A stretch of DNA of 64,000 nucleotides from Candidatus Moanibacter sp. GTDB lineage: Bacteria > Verrucomicrobiota > Verrucomicrobiia > Opitutales > UBA2987. This document shows, in pieces, positions 32,740 to 41,564 of the stretch. Every line of letters starts with the position of its first letter. The stretch's first letter is position 1. Position numbers and translations under genes: made by a program. The stretch covers positions 35,853 through 99,852 of the forward strand of contig CBDCEW010000088.1 of assembly GCA_965215885.1 (NCBI GenBank), written 5' to 3'. The notes under the pieces are model-generated. The model was not told where the DNA came from. It worked only from the letters and a program-made list of their open reading frames with translations, and did no database searches.

Positions 32740-33254
32740 CTTAGGCAGATCTGTCGGATGATGGTGGTTTTTACCTCCAGCAGGCCGGTGCTTAACTCGA
32801 AGTGAATCGTACGATTATTGAGGCCGCCCAATTCTTCTTCTGTAACCTGTAGATGCTCGCGCGCCAGGATGTTCTTTACTGCCTCGATATTACGCGCCCC
32901 GATATTGAAGAGTTCGCTTTCGCTGAGGTCCGATGCTCCGCCGGCCAGGAAGATCCTCAAGCTATTGCGGATTACCCCTAGGCGATTCAGCTCTTTCAAA
33001 AGAGCACGCATGCCGGTGTCGACAAAAATGGAAGGCTGAGAGAGAGCCCGCTCCGGAGACATGCTGGAATCGGGCAGCATGAAATGGGCAAGCCCGGAAA
33101 TGATCTGAATTGGGTCGTATATCACGATTCCGAGACAGGAACCAAGGGCGTAGGTACTGAGGATATAGTTGGGTGAACTGGAGATGCCAAAGTCTCCAAC
33201 ACCGACAACGATGTTTTCAGTTGTGATATTCAGGGTTATGGGTGCTTCCGGCAC
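32736..33254 (-). CDS. cheD: Chemoreceptor glutamine deamidase CheD
   Basis: TYALGSCLG, GLAHFMLP, LAGGA, NIGARN. Confidence 0.92.
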   Translation of the reverse strand: MPEAPITLNITTENIVVGVGDFGISSSPNYILSTYALGSCLGIVIYDPIQIISGLAHFMLPDSSMSPERALSQPSIFVDTGMRALLKELNRLGVIRNSLRIFLAGGASDLSESELFNIGARNIEAVKNILAREHLQVTEEELGGLNNRTIHFELSTGLLEVKTTIIRQICLR

Positions 33255-33326
33255 GACTTTTTATACGTTAGTTCTTAAAGAGTCCTCTTCAGATCCTTCA
33301 TGATACGGCTGATTCTACCCACGGCT

Positions 33327-33806
33327 TTACTCTAAATGTTGTGCGATTTTCGAGAGGGTGAGAGTTGGGTTTGATTCAGCGATTTCCTTCACCTGCAAGA
33401 GGCGATCAATACGGTGGGCGAGTTTTCCCAGCGGGCTTTGAGCATTAACCGTGAGCCCGTTCCCCACAGTGGTGGAGAGGATGATTCGGGAATCTTTCGT
33501 GCGTGCGAACCGGATTGAACCCTCCCGGATGAATTCATGCGAGAATCCCGCCAGAGCGGGATCGTTCAACAGATCACGAGTAAGGTGTAGTAGATTAGCG
33601 TCGAGATCGGCGATGTTGTATATTCGGTGGGTCCTGAGATATTGAATGAGCTCAGTGTCATTGAGAGTTTCATTCGTGAGGGTCAGTACTTTCTCAAAAT
33701 CGGGCACCGTTGCGTTTCCGGTATCCGGGTTGACTCGCCTAACGCTGAAGAGGGATGATAGTTCCCTGCCGATGGCTATAGCGCTGGTCGCAAGTATTGG
33801 GTGCAT
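33327..33806 (-). CDS. Hypothetical protein
   Basis: 159-aa ORF co-oriented with cheD; its start abuts the IS110 insertion site. Confidence 0.6.
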   Translation of the reverse strand: MHPILATSAIAIGRELSSLFSVRRVNPDTGNATVPDFEKVLTLTNETLNDTELIQYLRTHRIYNIADLDANLLHLTRDLLNDPALAGFSHEFIREGSIRFARTKDSRIILSTTVGNGLTVNAQSPLGKLAHRIDRLLQVKEIAESNPTLTLSKIAQHLE

Positions 33807-33962
33807 TAGGAATCTTATAGTAGCTCCAGGTTATTCATCCAAGGGGCCGAGTGGAGCCGCAGGAAAAACTCGGCGAGGCCCCTTTGTGAATAACTTGGCC
33901 GATCAGTGGTTGGCGATGGGTCAAAGAGTTTGTTTGGCTAAGGGTGAAAATATTCAAAGGCA

Positions 33963-34109
33963 GCCGTCCACTACGAACTTAGGAATCAGTCCGAAGAGGA
34001 CTTCCGACAGAATTTCGAGTGGACGGCCTGCCTGGATGACCGAAAACGAACACTCAGTTTACATCCTCATAACAGGATCCAACTATAAGGACTTCGCCTG
34101 GACATCCAG
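33963..34109 (+). ncRNA. IS110 bridge RNA (target- and donor-binding loops)
   Basis: Two stem-internal loop-hairpin modules with guides TTAGGAATC and TCCGACAGA (target), CTCAGTTTAC and ACTATAAG (donor); transcript may start near 33830. Confidence 0.88.
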
Positions 34110-34152
34110 TGCCTTTGAAAAAAGCAAAAAGACAAACTAAAGGAACAAAGGG

Positions 34153-35463
34153 ATGCAGAAAAGGGAAAAAACAAATCGATATAGTGTGGTGATAGGAATT
34201 GATTGGGCGGATCAGAAAAACGATCTGTGGATCATAGAGAGCGAAACGGGAAAAGGGACCCATCGACAGGTGGCGCAGGATGCGGTCAGCTTGCACGAAT
34301 TTGCCGTAGAGATGAGAGAAAAGTATGCCAGCGTGGGCAAGCGCATGGCCATGGTGGTGGACCAGAAGCGAGGAGGGTTGATCAACTTTCTGATGGGCTT
34401 GGAGTTTGTCGATATCTATCCAGTGCATGCGGCCAGGGCGAAGGATTATCGCCGGGCGCTGTATCCATCAGGGGCCAAGAGCGACCCGGTCGATGCGCAA
34501 ATACACGCGGAGTTTTTCCTCAAACATCCCGAGCTTTTTATCAAATGTTTCATACCTGACACGGCCCAAACACGGGAGCTGAACCTGTTGTGCGAGGACC
34601 GCCGTGGATTCGTCGATCAGGCTACCAGCCTCGAACAGCAGTTGGGCAGTTGTCTGAAGCAATATAACCCTTTGGTCTTGAAATTGTTCGATGATCTAGG
34701 CAGTGGCCTGTGCCTGCACTTTATATTGCGTTGGCCGACCCTCAAGAAGCTGCACAGAGCATCGGAGGGTGTCTTGCGAAAGTTCTTCTATAAGCACAAC
34801 TGTCGCAGTGACGCCAAAATCCAGGAGCGTCTCGAATTGATCGGTAACGCACGAGCCTTGATCGAAGATGCAGCCATCATTGAAGCATCCAGCAGAAAAG
34901 CACAGACGTTGGCCGGACAGCTTTTGACCCTGTGCCCGCAGATCAAAGCGTATGAGAAGCGTATCAGGGAGCTATTCAGAAGCCATCCCGATGCAGCCGT
35001 GTTCAGTGGCATTCCCGGAGCCGGCGAGGTCATGAGTCCCCGGTTGCTGTGCGCGTTCGGGACCGATCGTTCGCACTTCGAAACGGCCCAGAACATGACC
35101 CAGTGGAATGGATCCGCTCCGGTCACGATCAACAGCGGGCAGGACAAAAGAACCGGACAACCGAAACGAATGGTCAACTGGCGGTGGGCGGCTCCTACCT
35201 TCGTGCGGCAAAGTTTCGTTGAATTTGCCGAACATTCGATCCGAAACTGTGCCTGGGCAAAGGCCTTTTACCAGATCAAAAAAGAACAGGGCAAACCCCG
35301 CCAAACCATTCTTCGTGCCCTCGCTCTCAAGTGGACCCGCATTCTGTTTCGCTGTTGGCAAAATAGCGAACGCTACGATGAGCAAAAGTATCTCCAATCG
35401 CTCCAACGCACCGGTTCACCGGTGTGGAAAAGACTTCAGCAAGCAAATGCCAACGCCTTGTAA
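34153..35463 (+). CDS. IS110-family DEDD recombinase/transposase
   Basis: GIDWA, KSDPVDA, IPGAG, APVTINSG (catalytic Ser loop); intact 436 aa. Confidence 0.95.
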   Translation: MQKREKTNRYSVVIGIDWADQKNDLWIIESETGKGTHRQVAQDAVSLHEFAVEMREKYASVGKRMAMVVDQKRGGLINFLMGLEFVDIYPVHAARAKDYRRALYPSGAKSDPVDAQIHAEFFLKHPELFIKCFIPDTAQTRELNLLCEDRRGFVDQATSLEQQLGSCLKQYNPLVLKLFDDLGSGLCLHFILRWPTLKKLHRASEGVLRKFFYKHNCRSDAKIQERLELIGNARALIEDAAIIEASSRKAQTLAGQLLTLCPQIKAYEKRIRELFRSHPDAAVFSGIPGAGEVMSPRLLCAFGTDRSHFETAQNMTQWNGSAPVTINSGQDKRTGQPKRMVNWRWAAPTFVRQSFVEFAEHSIRNCAWAKAFYQIKKEQGKPRQTILRALALKWTRILFRCWQNSERYDEQKYLQSLQRTGSPVWKRLQQANANAL

Positions 35464-35494
35464 ACACAACATGAGAAAAAACTCAAAAAATCCC

Positions 35495-35517
35495 TTGACG
35501 GACTACCTCAGTTTTCT
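35495..35517 (+). promoter_or_regulatory. -35 half (TTGACG plus 17-nt spacer) of the IS110 circle-junction promoter
   Basis: Joining to the left end gives TTGACG-GACTACCTCAGTTTTCT-TATAGT (-10 at 33816-33821). Confidence 0.8.
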
Positions 35518-35605
35518 GTCGGACTTTGCATTATTAACATCTCCGTGGTCTGGATTTCACGGTGACAGATCGATAATCCGACCGGGATCAGACCGACAGA
35601 TTCCT
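35518..35605. mobile_element. MITE family C remainder (left TIR split by IS110)
   Basis: Homologous to 58411-58507 and 61928-62025; ends CCGACAGATTCCT. Confidence 0.85.
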
Positions 35606-35608
35606 CTG

Positions 35609-35769
35609 AAGAAAATGAAACTGAATTTTGGGGACGCATTAACTCACTTTATCTGTTATTGACCTAGAAAGTGCATGACTCTTACCGGGAAAGAGACAAT
35701 TTGGCCCTGATGCACGCATCGCGAGCATTCTTGGAGTTCGCTTCCACCAAAATTCAGTTTCATTTTCTT
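35609..35769. mobile_element. MITE family B (161 bp)
   Basis: Perfect 23-bp TIR AAGAAAATGAAACTGAATTTTGG. Confidence 0.85.
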
Positions 35770-35807
35770 GTCTCTAGTCCCGGCAAGCCGGGACTAGCCC
35801 GCTTTTC

Positions 35808-37181
35808 TCACTGATAGACCAGAATTCTTTGATTAATTGGATCTACCAGATTGTGTTTTTGAATTTTCTCCAGGGTTCTGTCACTCAGTTCGCGGTCTTC
35901 CGGTATAAGAAGTAAACCGGTTGGGCTGTAGAGCCCTTTTGCCAGGATCATACCGGATTCCAACTCCGAAAAGAGTAGTTCTCTTACTTTGCGTGGGAGT
36001 TGGACCATGCGGGTCGCCTTGAGAAAAAGACGGACTGCCTCGGGTTCGAATGTTTTGCCTGACTGTCGGAGGATCGCCTCAATAGCTTCTTCCTTGGGGA
36101 GCCCGCACTCGACGAAGTAGACGGCAATTGCCAGAATCCGGGCGGGGCGCGGAATTGCCTCCCGGGCCAATCGGTCGGGATATCCTTTGCCGTCCCATCG
36201 TTCATGATGTGCGCGAATAGTCTCCCCGACCAGAGATAGATTATCGATAAAGGATGCGAGGGTCTGACCATAAATGGGGTGGTTGTATATGATCTCCCTT
36301 TCTCGCACACTCAAGGATTCCGGACTCTCCCTGGCTCTATGGAGCAGATCTCTGGATATACCGATGAGACCGATATTTTGCAGCCAGGCGCTGACGGTAA
36401 GTGTGCGCTGGTCTTTGGAGGAAAGGTTTCCCGAGTCACTGATTTGACGACAGATGTTGACAATTGCTTTGGTTTCCTCTCCCAGCACCGGGTGGTAAGC
36501 GTCAATAATGCGATAGCAGAGTTCGAGGGAATGCTCAAAGTTGGATTTAAGCGCCGTGTTCGCCTCGTCAAGGGCGAGCTTTTGTTGGCTCAGGATTTGA
36601 TTCTTTTTTTTGAGTTCCGCATTCGAAAGGGAGAGCCTCTCGTTGAGTGTTAGGGTATCGGCTTGTAGTTTTCTGTTGACCTCAAGGAGTTGAAACCTCT
36701 GCACTGCGTTCTTGACCGTGGCGAGGAGTTCTTCTCGAATCCAGGGCTTTGCCAGAAATCTGAATATCTCACCTTTATTGACCGCTTCAATCACGGTGTT
36801 AAGGGTAAGCGCGCCAGTTATCAGGACACGGGAAGCATTTGGCTGCTGCCCTTTTACGAGGGCCAGGAACTCGAGGCCGGTCATTTCATCCATTCGTTGA
36901 TCCGATATGATGACGGCAAAGGAGTCCTCTTTTATATACTCGAGAGCCTTTATAGGTGATAGGGTTTCGACCACCCGATAGCCCTCAGCAGTTATCGTAT
37001 CATTGAGGGCAAGCAGAATATCCTCGTCGTCGTCGACAATCAGAACCGGACATCTCCCGATTTCGTTGACTCTTGGCGCGCCGTTGCTCTCGCGCGACAG
37101 ATGCTGAGCCTGCATATCGGCGGCACTACCTTCCGCGGAGAGCGAGCTCATGATAATTGCAGGTTCGTGTTGATTCGCCAT
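35808..37181 (-). CDS. Response regulator with degenerate HD-GYP domain
   Basis: REC (IVDDD, ISDQRM, AKPW), coiled coil, HHERWDGKGYP; HDIG replaced by QNIG. Confidence 0.88.
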   Translation of the reverse strand: MANQHEPAIIMSSLSAEGSAADMQAQHLSRESNGAPRVNEIGRCPVLIVDDDEDILLALNDTITAEGYRVVETLSPIKALEYIKEDSFAVIISDQRMDEMTGLEFLALVKGQQPNASRVLITGALTLNTVIEAVNKGEIFRFLAKPWIREELLATVKNAVQRFQLLEVNRKLQADTLTLNERLSLSNAELKKKNQILSQQKLALDEANTALKSNFEHSLELCYRIIDAYHPVLGEETKAIVNICRQISDSGNLSSKDQRTLTVSAWLQNIGLIGISRDLLHRARESPESLSVREREIIYNHPIYGQTLASFIDNLSLVGETIRAHHERWDGKGYPDRLAREAIPRPARILAIAVYFVECGLPKEEAIEAILRQSGKTFEPEAVRLFLKATRMVQLPRKVRELLFSELESGMILAKGLYSPTGLLLIPEDRELSDRTLEKIQKHNLVDPINQRILVYQ

Positions 37182-37521
37182 AGGCGGAGCGCTCTTCCGT
37201 GGGCTTTTCGCTGGAATGGGAAGGCTGGCTCATTCTCTTACTGATTGCTGATTCCGGAGAACCGGTTCTAATATAACGGACATCGGAGAGATATTTTTCG
37301 CGAAATTTTGTGTTCATTCGGAGGGATGCCCGGAAAAGACGCGAAAAAGCCTAGCGCAGCGTAGCCGCAACCAAGAAAGAAGAAGAGAACCGGTCTGCCG
37401 TTCGGCAGACCACGCGAATGGACGCGAATGAAAAAGAATTTACCACAGATTCGAGAAAACCGCTGATTGATTTAGCTTCCAGCTCCGAATTAGGTTTCAA
37501 CCCGTTGGGTCCCGCTGAGCG

Positions 37522-39127
37522 CATTTGCGTTAACCTAAGGAGAAGAAACAAGAGAGGAAATCAAGTCGAGAACGCTTTTCATAGGTGCAGTGTTTGGGGA
37601 TTTGTTTGAGCCATCGGGGGATGATCTGATCTTTGGGAATGTGAGAGAGGATGAAGAAGTAGGGAGCAAAGAAGCCAAACCAGTAGGAGAATTTAAGGAT
37701 ACTCAGAGGAGAGGACAAACTGGTATTCGAATAGTGTCTAAGGGGACCATAGACGAAGTTGAGTAAGTGGGTAATGAGGATGAGACGGGCGTAGATAAGA
37801 AGCTCAACCTGGTAGGGAGTAGTCTCTTTGACCTGACCGAGATTAAGATGTTGCTTAAAGGCCTTAAAGAAAATTTCGATGCGCCAGCGAAGCCCGTAAA
37901 AGCTCAGAATCTGCTTAGGGCTAAAGTCTTTCTGATGGAGGTTTGTAATAAAGATTTGGAAACCGAGAAGGAAGCTGGTGCGGCTGGTATATCGAAGTCT
38001 ATTGTCGCGGTTTTGTCTATGCTCGCGGCGGCGTTTATGGGCCACCTTCTGAGGGAGTTTGACGGCGATCAGACGAACCGGAAGCTTGGCTTTTTTACCC
38101 ACCCGAACGGGCATATCGAGAAGCTTTTGGCCACGTAAAAGTTTGCGTAGATCGAGCTCTTCATCGCCTTCGTTGGCTAAAAGGCAAGTGCCGGTTTTCA
38201 AACGACTCACAAAGAAGCAGCCGCGCTGATCGAGTTGCTTAAAGACATCGAGGACAAAATAGCCTAAGTCGCGCAGGATCAAGTCGTTGGGTTGAGCGAG
38301 AGCGAGAATGTCTTTGGAAGCAGCCTGATCGTTTTTTCGGAAGCTACTGAGGCTGAAGTCAACGAAGGATTCATTGCGCAGATCGTAATAGGCCTGAATC
38401 TTCAGTTGAGCCTGTTTGGAGCCTGTCTGATTGGACGCTCCGGGGAAGAAGGGGGCCAGGACCTTAGGCAAGCCAATCGAAGTGCTGTCGGCAATGAGAA
38501 CCCGTTCAAAGCTCCTCATGCAATTTGGAACAGCTCTGCCCACAGGCCCATAAGCTTTAAGTTCTAAAAGCCTCAGGAGCACTAAGGTCATAAAAGCGGT
38601 GGCTTTTTTGGCGCACTTTTGGACCGCTTGTCTGGAAATGGTGCGGTTGGCTAAGAATCCAATAAGCTCGGCTTCTTTGCCAAGGGACAAGGCCCCCTTA
38701 GAAGCCATCGCCAGCAAAGCCAAAACAAAGTTCAGAGGGGAGATCTTGCGCGATTTCCTCTCTCTAAAACCACTCTGTTTAGCGAGGGCTGTGAGGTTCA
38801 ACTTACGGAAGGTTTGACGGATACAATCAGCTTTTTTTATACTTTGCATCCGAAGGATAAATCCTATATATGAACGAATGTACAGTATAAAATGCTGCCA
38901 AAGTGAAAAAAAATGGGGTAGCCGGTAAAAGTAGAGAAGATAACCCGGCCAAAATGCACTCGCTCAACTGCGAATTTCCTCACCGCTGTGGTCGAAACGA
39001 AGCAAATAGAAAAGGGCGAACAAATGGAGTGGAACCTCGAGGATAGAGACACCCTCATACTCCGCCGCAAAATACCTCGCAAGTCTTTGAATCTGACTAA
39101 GTTGCGAAAATAAGGTTTACGCGTATG
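37522..39127 (-). mobile_element. IS4-family element, 1606 bp, intact
   Basis: CAT-starting imperfect TIR, 9-bp TSD CGCTGAGCG (37513-37521, 39128-39136). Confidence 0.95.
37530..38849 (-). CDS. IS4-family transposase
   Basis: IADST, RDLGY, YGLRWRIEIFFK (YREK motif). Confidence 0.95.
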   Translation of the reverse strand: MQSIKKADCIRQTFRKLNLTALAKQSGFRERKSRKISPLNFVLALLAMASKGALSLGKEAELIGFLANRTISRQAVQKCAKKATAFMTLVLLRLLELKAYGPVGRAVPNCMRSFERVLIADSTSIGLPKVLAPFFPGASNQTGSKQAQLKIQAYYDLRNESFVDFSLSSFRKNDQAASKDILALAQPNDLILRDLGYFVLDVFKQLDQRGCFFVSRLKTGTCLLANEGDEELDLRKLLRGQKLLDMPVRVGKKAKLPVRLIAVKLPQKVAHKRRREHRQNRDNRLRYTSRTSFLLGFQIFITNLHQKDFSPKQILSFYGLRWRIEIFFKAFKQHLNLGQVKETTPYQVELLIYARLILITHLLNFVYGPLRHYSNTSLSSPLSILKFSYWFGFFAPYFFILSHIPKDQIIPRWLKQIPKHCTYEKRSRLDFLSCFFSLG

Positions 39128-39299
39128 CGCTGAGCGGGATTGGACGGTGGATGTGGAAATACGCAATACATTGAATATCAGCCTCTTCTACGCAAAACCT
39201 TGCTATAAAAACACGGTTCTTCCGGATTGTAATACGAAAGGGAGGGGAACAAGTGCGAATAATCAGACAGGTTGTTTATCATTGCTCGCCGTGTCGTGA

Positions 39300-39760
39300 A
39301 GCCTCTCCTACAGCCTGGCGGTTGTCGTTTCGTCCAACCGTCTTCACCGAGTCAAGAGGGAAGTGCAGCCAGGAAAAAAACTTTGGCGTAAGCCTCGTCG
39401 TAAACTTTGTCGATTGATAAGAGGAGGTCCGACAGAGCATAGGACAAAGTTGACGACAGAAAATCGAAGGTGGTCGTCGACGCACTTCCGAGTTTCTTCC
39501 CCAGCTTTGTCGCAAGCTCTGTCGATTTTCGAATTTAGATCACGATTATGATTACGATTAAGATTGGAAGTGGACGTGCGCTCGAAGGCTGGTGGTGGCG
39601 TAGAGAATACTGTCGATTCTCTTTTCGATTTTCGACTACGATTATGACTACGAATTTCGATTAGGAATCGGCTCGAAGTGCGGTCGATTCGTGGGTTTGA
39701 AGGTAGGGATCGAGGCGTAAAGCCTCTCCTACAGCCTGGCGGTCGTCGTTTCGGCCAACC
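39300..39760. repeat. Two 40-bp direct repeats containing GTAG-type REP ends, flanking CGATTA-periodic DNA
   Basis: AGCCTCTCCTACAGCCTGGCGGTYGTCGTTTCGKCCAACC at 39300-39339 and 39721-39760 (38/40). Confidence 0.75.
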
Positions 39761-39956
39761 TTCCACTCGCTACGGAAACATTCGGCGGAAGATTCTTAGA
39801 GAAGGGGGAAGATAGTTCCATGTATTTGAGGAAGTAGAGGGCAAAGAGCCCGTCGGACTTCGCCAAAGAGCCTGTTTCTCGTTATCGAAAATCCCCCGGT
39901 CTCGTGCCGGGGATTCTTAGGTTATCAAGCTAAACGAGGAAGTTTTCTACCGTTGG

Positions 39957-40008
39957 CCCCGCCCCCTGTCCGACGCTCGCGAGCGCGAGCGTCGGACAGG
40001 GGGCGGGG
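39957..40008. repeat. Perfect 25-bp-arm palindrome upstream of the flagellar operon
   Basis: CCCCGCCCCCTGTCCGACGCTCGCG-AG-CGCGAGCGTCGGACAGGGGGCGGGG. Confidence 0.85.
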
Positions 40009-40159
40009 TAATATTCGGCTGCGATTGTAGCTGCAGGAACCAGCGCAAACCCGGCATCCCGCTGAGCGGGGCCGGGGGAATCGGATACGCAAAGGATGAG
40101 ACTGAGTACATACCTCACACCGACAGATTCCTGGAGAAACACGGAATTAGGCTGGTGCG

Positions 40160-40175
40160 TGGCACAGTGGTTGCT
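40160..40175 (+). promoter_or_regulatory. Sigma54 -24/-12 promoter of the flagellar operon
   Basis: TGGCAC-AGTGG-TTGCT, consensus spacing, just upstream of flgB. Confidence 0.75.
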
Positions 40176-40187
40176 GTGAGCCGGAGC

Positions 40188-40571
40188 ATGATCGAAGGAA
40201 TTTTCGCGGATGGCAACTACCAGACGGCCAAAGCGCTACTCGACGCATCAGCTTTGAGGCACAAGGCGCTTGCGAGCAACCTGGCAAACCTGGAAACACC
40301 CGGATACCGGCGGGTTGAACTCTCGCGCTCTTTCGAGGAACAGCTGATTTCGCATGTGGAGCGGGGAGAGTTTGAGCGAATCTCTCAGCTGAAACCAACG
40401 CTGAGCGAAGATCCGAATAGTCCAGCGGTGAGGCCGAATGGAAGTAATGTTGAATTGGACAGCGAGCTGGTGGAAATCGGCCGAAACTCGCTTGAGCACG
40501 AAGTTCTAACGCGTTTTCTGAGCGGATCCCTAAATCTCTTGAAGAAGGCAATCACCAGTCAGAGTACCTGA
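40188..40571 (+). CDS. flgB: Flagellar basal-body rod protein FlgB
   Basis: LASNLANLETPGY, NGSNVELDSE. Confidence 0.93.
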   Translation: MIEGIFADGNYQTAKALLDASALRHKALASNLANLETPGYRRVELSRSFEEQLISHVERGEFERISQLKPTLSEDPNSPAVRPNGSNVELDSELVEIGRNSLEHEVLTRFLSGSLNLLKKAITSQST

Positions 40572-40588
40572 CGGTAAACGGGGGAATA

Positions 40589-41023
40589 GTGTCTATGAAT
40601 TTAATGCCCGGAATCTCAATTACGGCCGATGCGCTCAATGCGGAGAAGATTCGGATGAATCTTGTGGCCCAGAATATCGCCAATGCGTTTACCACGCGTG
40701 GGGCCGATGGTGCAGTGTATCAGCGAAAGATGGTGTCCTTCGAATCGTTTCTTGAGAGAGAGAACGGGTTGAGTCGGGACATGCCGCAAGTGCGAAGCGT
40801 ACGTGTAGGAGGAATATATAACGACGAGTCCCCCGGTAAAGAGATCTACAATCCCGACCATCCCCACGCCAACGATCAAGGCATGGTGACACTGCCAAAT
40901 GTGGAGATATCGCGGGAGATGGTTGACCTGATAACATCGTCGCGCACCTACGAGGCAAATCTCTCAGTTATTCGAACCGCGCGCCAGTTGGCGCGTCAGG
41001 CACTCGCTATCGGCAGGCGTTGA
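40589..41023 (+). CDS. flgC: Flagellar basal-body rod protein FlgC
   Basis: AQNIANA, YNPDHPHA, PNV..EMVDLI..SRTYEAN. Confidence 0.95.
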   Translation: MSMNLMPGISITADALNAEKIRMNLVAQNIANAFTTRGADGAVYQRKMVSFESFLERENGLSRDMPQVRSVRVGGIYNDESPGKEIYNPDHPHANDQGMVTLPNVEISREMVDLITSSRTYEANLSVIRTARQLARQALAIGRR

Positions 41024-41044
41024 TCGGTTCTCCAGGAGGCTACA

Positions 41045-41564
41045 ATGTCCCTTTTTGATTCAATCCAGGGAATGGGTAATTCCCTTCTTGAAAATCTGGG
41101 GAGGAACAAGCTCGCGGGAGAGGTGGGTTCGGCCGGTGGGGATACTCCTTTCGAATCGTTTAAGAAGGTGAGGAAACAGCACCTTGTTGAGGAGATTGAT
41201 AAGTTGCGCGATTCGGCCCTCATTGACCAGCTGAGGTCAAACGATCATTTAGGAAGGTTCCTGAATTCGAACTTCCCTGGAAAGACCGGAATCGATAGGG
41301 GCAAATGTTGAATTCGATCGGTTTCAAACCGCGGGAGGCAGTACACCTTCTTTCCCTGAAATGCTCGAGGACCTCGTCAGAAGCGTCGACGCCAAATCGA
41401 AGGCGGCAGGAGTGGAGAAGGAGAAGCTCATGCTGGGTAAGACGGATAATATCCACCAGAGCTTTATCGCAATGCAGGAAGCGAGCGTTGCATTTTCGCT
41501 CCTTGTTGAGGTTCGAAATAAACTCATAGAAACCTACCAGGAGCTGTCGCGCATGCAGGTGTGA
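41045..41564 (+). CDS. fliE: FliE with apparent +1 frameshift in G4 at 41298-41301
   Basis: C-terminus EVRNKLIETYQELSRMQV; removing one G fuses ORFs 41045 and 41361. Confidence 0.85.

Larger units (their letters stand above)
33814..35517 (+). mobile_element. IS110-family element inserted at a CT core
   Basis: Core CT at 33814-33815 and 35516-35517; removal restores TTAGGAATCTGTCGGACT, the end of MITE family C. Confidence 0.92.

Noticed and set aside
33270..33330. Possible sigma28 promoter upstream of cheD (TAAA..GCCGTATC, minus strand)
   Set aside because: Spacing and -10 box deviate from consensus; too weak to call.
39300..39760. Possible CRISPR array
   Set aside because: Only two 40-bp repeats 421 bp apart, no regular spacers and no cas genes.
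38864..40142. Short ORFs between the IS4 and flgB
   Set aside because: Composed of IS leader and repeat or low-complexity DNA; no RBS or family signal.
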